Shown: positions 13,276-21,449 of the stretch, one piece after another
How the letters are laid out: every line of letters begins with the position of its first letter
Position numbering within the stretch: the stretch's first letter is position 1
Assembly: GCF_000143415.4 (NCBI RefSeq)
Contig: NW_003314263.1
Coordinates: 808,165-872,164, forward strand
DNA length: 64,000 bases
Source: Selaginella moellendorffii
Taxonomy: Eukaryota; Plantae; Lycopodiophyta
Reading direction: 5' to 3'
Program-made: the position numbers and the translations under genes
Notes under the pieces: generated by a model
Database searches by the model: none
Told to the model about the DNA's origin: nothing
What the model saw: only the letters and a program-made list of their open reading frames with translations

Positions 13276-13868
13276 TATAAGCTTATGAATTTGGACTTCC
13301 CGGAAGGTCACTTAGCCCAATACTATTCAAATCCAAAGACACTTAACCCCAAGTATCCCAAGACCCTTAATCGATTAGAAAAAGGGGTGCACTTTTGTTT
13401 ATGGGCCCTTTTCCTTTATATTTGAACATTATGGATCATCTCTTGAGTCGTTTCCTTTGGTTGCTTACAATCTACTACGCCTCCTTACAAGTTCACGCCT
13501 TCGTGAATGGAAGCTGAGAGTCGCAGCTCTCCCGAGAGCCCCACTCTCTTGACACCCTACCCCTTAGGTCAAGCCCAGCCGGGAGCAAACTGGATCTTCC
13601 AAATGTCAATTAACATGTGGTGTGATTCCTTTAACCAACCAACAAAGTTGGCTTAAGACCTCTCTAATACCAAATGTAAGGTCCTGAATTTGAACTTCCC
13701 GGGAGGTCACCTAGCCCAATACTATTCAAACCCAATGACGCTTAACCCTAAATATCCCAAGACCCTTAACCAATTGGAAAAGGGAGTGCACTTTTGTTCA
13801 TGGGCTCTTTCCCTTTATATTTGAATTTTATGGATCGTTTTTTGAGTCGTTACTTTTGGTTGCTTATA
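13276..13868 (-). mobile_element. Old Cassandra-type TRIM (LTR-internal-LTR)
   Basis: Two LTRs and an ~205-bp internal domain with PBS/PPT. Flanks ATATT/ATATC (TSD with one mismatch). Confidence 0.88.
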
Positions 13869-15493
13869 ATATCCTCCATAGGTTCTTATTTGCATTGGGG
13901 TACTTGCTTACTCCTAAATGTGATCTCAAGATCATATCAACTTTGCACTTAGTCTAAGTGCTCCATGTGTTTAGTTTCATTTTTAAGACCCAAAGGTACT
14001 ATCAATATCTTAGCCTGTTATGTGAAAGCTATATTTATTTGCCCTTGTCTCATTAGTAATCTAAGACCACCCACAATATGGTCCCATCTCTTTGAGACTG
14101 GGCCATCTATTTATAAGTGGTCATCTCATAACAATATCTTAGCATCTTTAGGATGACCTAAGATATAAGGAACATCACCCCTCCAATATCTTTTTTTCGA
14201 TTTCCATGAAATTTCTTTCTGTCTATAGCAATGCTTGCTAACACCATTATTAGTGTTGGGCCTGAAGGCTTATTTTCTTTCCATAGTCTGGGATTTTATG
14301 ATGACATTTCAAAACACTATAGCCCAATGCAAGCCACGTGGGTACTACCCCCACTTTTTACCACTAGGGTGCCCCAACTTATGTGGCTAGAGTGAGGCTC
14401 CAATAAGCCATACAAGGTATCCAAGTAAGTAGTGCCACTCACACTTGGATTGAGTGTATTGACCATCCGTTTTCTTGAGGGAGTTAAAGTTAGCTTTTGA
14501 ACACTTCACCAAATTACCCCACTTATCCATCCATGTTCACTTTAGACTTTGACTCCTTGATGGTTTTATCATCACCCACCATATAGGTGTAACCTTCCTT
14601 GGTCATACTGGCTATTCCTGGCTAAATTAATTCCACTAAAGACTATCTCATAAGGATTCACCAAAACCCCTAGGTTCTGAGAGACAATTGCTTGGGCTTT
14701 CACCCTTGAATTCAGACTTAAACTCAAACTCAAACTTCGACTCAGAATCAGACTTGGTTTTAGATTGGGTCTCGGTCTCAATCTCAGTCTCAGACTCTTT
14801 CCCAAACTCTGCCTTCGGGCTTCATCTTGGATTCCTTCTAGGACTCCAACTTGGACTCCTTCTCAAACTTCATCCAAACTCTTTCTTAGATTCCATTTGG
14901 AACTCCTTATATTCCTTCTTGGACTCCATCTCAACCATCTTGAACTCCATCTTGGGCCCAATTTTGACAATTCCGCAAGTTACAACACTCATTATGTGTT
15001 GGTGATTTTCTTATCCCCTTTTCAAGACTCACTTCTCAATTGCTTCATGCTTCATGCTTCATGTGCTTCATGCTTCCACTAAAAATTTTTTAACACTTTT
15101 TTGGGAGTTCCATTCTTGCTCTCGACTTCCCAAGTTAAAATTTTTAGTCTAAACGTGTTATGCTTATTTGGCTTTTGTTTTGACCACTACCATATGGCAT
15201 ACTTTGGGGTCCACTTTGGGACTAAAGGATTTGTGTCTCAATTTTAGGACTTTCAACCTCACAACCAGAGCAACAATCAACTAAAATAAATTTGTAGGAA
15301 TAAATTGGTGGTAACCAGGCATCAAGTCTTGGAGACAAGATATTAACTTCTAGTGGCTAAAACTAGGGGAAGATACTAAATACTTGGGGATTCAGATTGA
15401 TACTAAGTTAGTGTAGTGCTTCAAGATGACACCTTGCTTTGGAGGATAAAAACATCAATCCAAAAATGTGCTCCCAAAAACTCGGCTTCCCAG

Positions 15494-15688
15494 TGTAAGC
15501 AACCAAAGGGAACGACTTGAGAGACGATCCATAGGGGTTCAAATATAGAGGGAAAGGGCCCATGAATAAGAGTGCACCCCCTTTTCCAAACGGTTAAGGG
15601 TCTTGGGATATTTGGGGTTAAGTGTCCTTGGGTTTGAATAGTACTGGGCTGGGTGACCTCCTGGGAAGTCCAAACTCAGGAGCTTACA
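15494..15688 (+). repeat. LTR1, containing a 5S rRNA-derived internal control region (about 15616-15671)
   Basis: GTTAAGTGTCCTTGGGTTTGAATAGTACTGGGCTGGGTGACCTCCTGGGAAGTCC matches the plant 5S segment GTTAAGCGTGCTTGGGCGAGAGTAGTACTAGGATGGGTGACCTCCTGGGAAGTCC (A box to C box; recalled consensus). Confidence 0.92.
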
Positions 15689-15690
15689 TT

Positions 15691-15701
15691 TGGTATCAGA
15701 G
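15691..15701 (+). promoter_or_regulatory. Primer-binding site for initiator Met-tRNA
   Basis: TGGTATCAGAG located 2 nt after the terminal CA of LTR1. Confidence 0.9.
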
Positions 15702-15894
15702 GGGTCTTGGGTCCGACTCTGTTGGTTGGCTTAGGGGAATCACACCACATGTTGATTGACATCTGGCTGGTCCAGTTTGCTCCCGCTGGGCTCGACCCGA
15801 GGGGTAGGGTGTCAAGAGAGCGAGGCTCTCGGGAGAGCTGCGGCTCTCAGCTTCCGTTCACGAGGGCGTGAACTTGCAGGGAAGCGTGGTGGAT

Positions 15895-16078
15895 TGTAAG
15901 CAACCAAAGGGAACGACTTGAGAGACGATCCATAGGGGTTCAAATATAGAGGGAAAGGGCCCATGAATAAGAGTGCACCCCCTTTTCCAAACGGTTAAGG
16001 GTCTTGGGATATTTGGGGTTAAGTGTCCTTGGGTTTGAATAGTACTGGGCTGGGTGACCTCCCGGGAAGTCCAAACTC
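15895..16078 (+). repeat. LTR2, lacking its last 11 nt and fused to the antisense gag-protease ORF
   Basis: Matches LTR3 up to ...CCAAACTC, then switches to gypsy protease-coding sequence. Confidence 0.9.
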
Positions 16079-17491
16079 TATAGTCCTTGGTTCGCCTAGC
16101 CGCTGCACCGTTAGTCCGGCTTGCCGGACTATGTCTGCAGCCACAAAATTATCCGAAGCACCCGTGTCAATAAGGATCTTAACAAAGCTACCTCCGAGCT
16201 TCCCTCGGAGGGCTAGTAGATGTCGCGAACGACTCTCTACCAAAGTTGCTCGTGTAATGAGTAACTTTGAGTTAGGGACTGGATCACATACCTCAGTTTG
16301 GACTTCACCCGACTTGATGGCCATATTGGCTCTGGCCTTCTTCGGGTAGGGACATTCCCTCGAGAAGTGTCCCACTTCGCCGCAGTTGTAGCATACGTTG
16401 TTGCCCACGCTGCTATACGACTTGACCTTCTTATCCGTGGGTTTGTCTTTTTTCGCTTGGCTTCCCCACGTACTCGCTCGCTGGCCACTGGCTTTGCCTT
16501 TCCGGAACCCCGAGGACTCATTCTTAGAGAAACTCTTCTTGAATTTCCCCTTGCTATATGTTCCCCTCGGTTTGGCCCCTTTGTGAAACGTGGATCCCGA
16601 CCCCGTCGTGTTCCCCTTTCGCAGGTTATCGTTGAAATGCACCTTGATGGCCGCATCCAACGCTTCCTTGTAGTTGGTCGGGTTCCAGCGCATCACCTCA
16701 CCGCGAGCCCAGGTTTGCAAACCTGATATAAAGGCATGGAACGCATCCATATCCCCCATGTCCGTGACAAGTATCCTCTTTGCCATGAACCCATTCACAT
16801 ATTCCTGGATGGTTCCAGTCTGCTTCAGCCTACTCAACTCATCTCTTAGATGCAAAGTGGCATTCGGAGGAACGTATATCGCGCGGATCCTCGCCTTCAT
16901 CATGTCCCAGGTGGCCACCGGTCCTTTGTTGGCCTCCGTTGTTCTCCACCAAGACTTGGCATTATCTGCCAAGTATGGTTTTGCACATGGGACCTTCTCC
17001 GAGCTCGGTAACCGCAACGCTCGGAAGTAGTCCTCCATATCGTAAAACCAATCCTCCACAACCTTATAGTCGTTCACTCCCTTGAACACCGGTGGGGGCT
17101 TTGGTTTGTACTTGGGAACTGCCTGAGGGACTGATTCCACTTCGGTCTGTTCGACCTTGTCTGGTTTTGCCTCAGTCCCTGCCAAAGGGTCCGCACCTTC
17201 TGCGCTGCCAGCATCCGCAGTCTTTCGCTTTTTCTTCCGCTTCTCGTCACGCTTTAACTTGCGTACGAGAGTCTCCAGCAGGGCATTAGTCTGTGCCAAC
17301 TGTCCTTCTAGCACGTCCAATCGAGCCTTGGACGACCGAACCTCGCCACCGGACTCCTGTTTGGAAGTTTCCTCACTGGAGTCCTCCTCATGCAAGGATT
17401 CCTCATCCATAGCCTCTTGTTCAACCGGAGGCTCCAGCTCCGGCGGAGGTTCCGTCTCCGCCTGGGTTCGCTTACGCCCTGCCCTTGCCAT
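16019..17491 (-). CDS. gag: Ty3/gypsy Gag (capsid + CCHC knuckle) with the N-terminal half of an aspartic protease, 490 aa
   Basis: Retrotrans_gag-like region (AKSWW..., LKQTGTIQEYVNGF, AFISGL), knuckle CYNCGEVGHFSREC and LIDTGASDNFV. The last ~20 codons and the stop come from LTR2. Confidence 0.93.
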   Translation of the reverse strand: MARAGRKRTQAETEPPPELEPPVEQEAMDEESLHEEDSSEETSKQESGGEVRSSKARLDVLEGQLAQTNALLETLVRKLKRDEKRKKKRKTADAGSAEGADPLAGTEAKPDKVEQTEVESVPQAVPKYKPKPPPVFKGVNDYKVVEDWFYDMEDYFRALRLPSSEKVPCAKPYLADNAKSWWRTTEANKGPVATWDMMKARIRAIYVPPNATLHLRDELSRLKQTGTIQEYVNGFMAKRILVTDMGDMDAFHAFISGLQTWARGEVMRWNPTNYKEALDAAIKVHFNDNLRKGNTTGSGSTFHKGAKPRGTYSKGKFKKSFSKNESSGFRKGKASGQRASTWGSQAKKDKPTDKKVKSYSSVGNNVCYNCGEVGHFSRECPYPKKARANMAIKSGEVQTEVCDPVPNSKLLITRATLVESRSRHLLALRGKLGGSFVKILIDTGASDNFVAADIVRQAGLTVQRLGEPRTIEFGLPGRSPSPVLFKPKDT

Positions 17492-17529
17492 CTCCCAGCA
17501 ATCCGCCTCTATCCTTCGCTAGAACTGAG

Positions 17530-18409
17530 ATAAAGGCTCCGAACATCCCTTGGTACCACAAGACTTGTTCATGGGACCCTCTAAATCCCAAGTCTTGAGT
17601 GCAACACTTGCTTCGGGACGCCGGGGCGAAACACCGTGGCCTAACGGCCCGGTATGGGTACCTCTCGCCCCCCACTTCCATCCTGAAGGAAGGCCCAAGC
17701 CCCTAGGAAGGGCGAGGACCAATGAGCCGCATGGTACTCAAGTGGGGCACCACTCCACATGAGCCGGGAGCACCGCAATCGGTTTCCCTTTCGGGAGTGG
17801 GAGCTGCTCTTGAGCACTTCCTTGGATGGCCCCTCCGGCACCAGCCAAGTCCATGCTCACTCCCACCCAAGGCCCCTTAGTCCCAGTCCCAACCTCAAGT
17901 CGGTTTGGAAGCCCAACTGGAGAGTCCCTTCAAAACTGGTTCCTGGACCTCACTATCCCTACTATACTTTTGGAACCCCCTGCAGCCCCCCCCCCCTGGG
18001 GGACGCACGCTTTGGGCTTTCACCCCTTGACCCGTATTAGTATTTGGACTTAGTCTCTGGCTCGATCTCGGATCCGATTTCGGATCCGACTTCGGATTCG
18101 GTCTCGGACTCGATCGCGGACTCGATCTCGGACCCGATCTCGGGCCCGACCTCGGACTCGACTTCGGACTCGGTCTCGGACCCGATTTCGGATCTCGGAC
18201 TCCGTCTCGAACTCGGTCTCGAACTCGGACTCGAACTCGGTCCCCGAGTCGGTCTTGGACTCGATTCCGGACTCTATCTCGAACTCGGTCCTAGAGTCGG
18301 TCTTGGACTCGATCTTTGACTTGGTCCCATCCGATGAACTCTTTGTCATTTTGGTCATGCTTTCGGGGTTCCCTTAGCCTACGACACCTCGGCGAGTTGG
18401 TTCCTTACA
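17530..18409 (-). repeat. Internal gypsy LTR-like segment preceded by a PPT; contains degenerate hexamer repeats (18050-18320)
   Basis: Minus strand reads GGGGTGGTGGAGT|TGTAAGGAACCAA at 18409. A homologous decayed copy lies at 14300-15000. The 3' boundary and PBS are not clear. Confidence 0.6.
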
Positions 18410-18812
18410 ACTCCACCACCCCTAGAAGAAGTTCGATGCCCACATCGAACGTCTCTTTTTTATCCTACGACTTGTTGACCATGTCTCCGGGGGCATCCCC
18501 CCACTTAGCGGTGTGCCTAAGTTAGCCTCCCCGGCCAAGAGCTCATGACAATGGAATATAGGTGTCCCTATACTCCTCCCCTCACCACGCCCTAGTATGG
18601 GGTCGGGACTTGAACCCAGCCTTGCTTTACTAGGGGGTTGGGACTCGAACCCAACCTCCGTAGAATACGTCTACGGTTTCGACATCCCCGCAAGGAGTCG
18701 GGCGTAGCTCCCTACGCCTGGTCAACCTAGCTAACCCATGCTAATTAGCTTACCTTCGGCGCGCCATCGGGTCCCAACATATGCCATTGCTCAACTTCTC
18801 AAATTGATACTT

Positions 18813-20891
18813 TTAATTGAACTTTGCATAAGTACATAGAGTTCTGCCATGCAGAAATTCCTCCACTAGATCTCGCGCGTTCGCTAGGTTCTCCTCCGGT
18901 TCCCATGTTGCTTCGCAGTGTGGAAATCCTTTCCACTTCACATGGAACTCTCTCACCTCACGTCCTTGTCGCTTGCTCTTGCGCGCATTGAGGATGGCCT
19001 CGACTTCGTATTCCTCCTCCCCTTGGATAACCTCAGGTAAAGGTCTTACTTGGTCCTTGCGAAGCGGGTCCTCAAAATACGGCTTGAGTAAGTTTACGTG
19101 GAACACGGGATGCATCTTCCCCATCTCTCGAGGAAGTCGGAGACGGTAAGCCACTTTACCGATTCGAGCCTCAATCTCGTAAGGCCCCGCGAACCTGCTT
19201 AAGGAACTCAAGATCAATTCATTTGCAGGAATACATGCATTTTTACCTTTGGGTCAACTTCCGGCTGATCCCACTTGGTAGCCTGAGGTTCTTGGTGTTC
19301 AGCCACACCTTCTCCCTAGCTTGGAACTCCACATCTCGACGCTTTTGGTTCGCGTACTTAGTTTGCCTTTGTTGAGCCCGTTCCAAGGAATCCTTCACTA
19401 TATTCCAAATGTTGAGTCTTTCCGCCGTGAATGCCTCCACTGCGGGTAACTCTCCATGATACTCGGCCACGCCGAGTTCCACAGGACCTTCAATAGCTCG
19501 CCCATTGATGACTTCCCATGGACTCACCCCGATGCTCGAATGTGGTGAGTTGTTATAACACATTTCCGCAAGTCCCAAATGACTTACCCAGTCGGTCTGG
19601 TCTCCCGAGACATAGCATCGCAAATAATCCTCCAGCTGCCTATTCACCCTTTCCGTTTGTCCATCTGTCAAGAAGTGTTAATGCCATCAATCTTGACTCA
19701 ATACTCATTACCTGTCTGTGGGTGATAGGCCGTGTTGAATTTCAACTTGGTGCGATACTGTTCTAGGAGTGTCCTCCAGAACCTACTGGTGAAGATCTTA
19801 TCTCGATCAGAGATAATCTCTTCCGGCCTTCCCCGCACTCGAACCACTTGTTCGAAGAATAGCTTCGCCACACCTTCCGCATCCACATCCGTTGTGGTGG
19901 GTATGAAATGTGCCATCTTTGAAAATCGGTCCACCACCACGAATATCGCATCGAACCCCTCGCTTGGGGGTAGTCCCGTGATGAAGTCCATCGTGAGACA
20001 TTTCCACGGACGATCTGGAATGGGGATGCTTTGCAACAAGCCCCCACTAGCCTTCGTCACGGCTTTGACCTGCTGACATGTTGGACATGTCTTTACATAG
20101 TCTTGGACGTCCTTAGCCATATCTGGCCAGTGATACTTCCTTTTGAGTAAGCCCATCGTCTTGGGCACTCCGCCGTGTCCCGCGAGAGGTCCGTCATGAC
20201 ACTCTTCCAAGGCTACTTTCCTTAGTTCCCCTTCTGGAACATACACCCTCGTTTGCTTGTAATATATGAGTCCGTTGCGTTCCGCATAGCCCGTTTTCTC
20301 TTCCGTTGGCAGCTCACCTCTCTGGTGAGCTTCCCGCGCCTCCAGATTCCTCAGCAACACTTCTTGTGCTAGACCATCACTCTCGTATGCGGTCCGCACA
20401 TCGTCCCAAAAGGTTGCAGTAGCGCTAGATATCGCCAACTTCAAGCTCTCTTTTCGACTTAGCGCATCTGCCACGATGTTGCTCTTCCCAGGCTTGTACA
20501 GGATCTTGCAATCAAACTCGGCCAAAGCATTGGCCCACCGACCTTGTTTTCCCCTTAGGTCGGGCTGTGACAAGAAGTGTTTCGTTGCCACATTGTCCGT
20601 GTAAACCTTGAAGTGTCTCCCAAGGTAGTGTCGCCACTCCTTGAGCGCCTTGACCACCGCAAACAATTCCTTCTCGTGGGCAGGCCACTTCCGTTGAGCC
20701 TTGTCCAGCTTCTTCGAGAAGAACGCTACTGGATGGTTGTCTTGCTTCAAAACTGCGCCCAACGCAAAGTCCGAAGCATCCGTGTCTACCTCAAAGTCCT
20801 TACCAAAGTCTGGTAATGCCAACACCGGAGCCTTCCTCAACTTCCCTTTGAGGTGAATGCCATCTAAGCCATAAGTATACCATGACCCCAT
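18813..20891 (-). CDS. RNase H-integrase-chromodomain protein, 3 exons (20891-19712, 19664-19247, 19194-18813), 659 aa
   Basis: RH motifs DTDASDFALGAVL, EKELFAV, YTDN, ADALSR. Integrase HHCC and D-D-E motifs (MDFITGLP, ISDRD, QTERVN). GPY/F module. Chromodomain EYEVEAIL...VKWKGF...TWEPEENL. Removing GT-AG segments of 47 and 52 nt restores HPQT-DGQTER and KLTQ-RFAGPY. Confidence 0.85.
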
Positions 20892-21249
20892 GGACTCTTG
20901 CTTTTTTTTCCTTAGATTCCTTTGATTTATTTTTGTTTTGCTATGATAGACTTTCTCACCACTTTTGGTTGCAATGGACACCTATATCAATAACAATCAA
21001 CAATTTTTATTTTATCATCGTGGACTCCATGGCAATCAGTCCAAAGTCATTGGTGGCATGTCATTTTTAACACCCTTGATCCCCTGGTTGTTCACCATAA
21101 GCCTTGTTACCAAGTGGATTGCAATCATGAAGGCATGGCATCTTCACTTCTAGGACCAGAAAATAATGCCATGGCGGAAAGTGATAGAGCTCGATAACTA
21201 GTTAGTTGACGTTCACGAGGGTGTGATCTTGCAGGGAAGCGTGGTGGAT

Positions 21250-21444
21250 TGTAAGCAACCAAAGGGAACGACTTGAGAGACGATCCATAGGGGTTCAAAT
21301 ATAGAGGGAAAGGGCCCATGAATAAGAGTGCACCCCCTTTTCCAAACGGTTAAGGGTCTTGGGATATTTGGGGTTAAGTGTCCTTGGGTTTGAATAGTAC
21401 TGGGCTGGGTGACCTCCCGGGAAGTCCAAACTCAGGAGCTTACA
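21250..21444 (+). repeat. LTR3 (5S-derived), preceded by the last 40 bp of the Cassandra internal domain (21210-21249)
   Basis: Near-identical to LTR1 and followed by the TSD CCCAG. Confidence 0.92.
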
Positions 21445-21449
21445 CCCAG

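Larger units (their letters stand above)
7900..15490 (-). mobile_element. Heavily decayed AT-rich retroelement debris, including an old relative of the gypsy LTR found at 17.5-18.4 kb
   Basis: No intact ORFs and CG-depleted. 14300-15000 aligns by eye to 17620-18350. A minus-strand LTR end plus Met-PBS-like junction (CTTACA-ATTTGGTATTAG) lies at about 13186-13203. Boundaries are approximate. Confidence 0.5.
15494..21444 (+). mobile_element. Composite LTR element: Cassandra-type 5S-derived LTRs enclosing an antisense gypsy gag / RH-INT cassette
   Basis: LTR1 15494-15688 and LTR3 21250-21444 are both 195 bp, TG...CA, with one difference seen. PBS TGGTATCAGAG at 15691. PPT-like GGGAAGCGTGGTGGA precedes LTR2 and LTR3. 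TSD CCCAG at 15489-15493 and 21445-21449. Confidence 0.92.

Noticed and set aside
15616-15671. 5S rRNA gene
   Set aside because: Only the ~55-nt internal control region is present, embedded in LTRs. The 5' half and the terminator of a true 5S gene are absent.
18044-18358. CRISPR-like array, or the repetitive-protein ORFs in the track
   Set aside because: These are degenerate hexamer tandem repeats inside an LTR-like segment in eukaryotic DNA, with no unique spacers.
18598-18660. tRNA gene
   Set aside because: Only T-arm-like hairpins are present; I could not find a D-arm, an anticodon arm or a full cloverleaf.
18813-20981. Pol broken by frameshift mutations or programmed ribosomal frameshifts
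   Set aside because: The breaks are 47- and 52-nt inserts with exact GT-AG ends whose removal restores conserved motifs. They are not 1-nt shifts.
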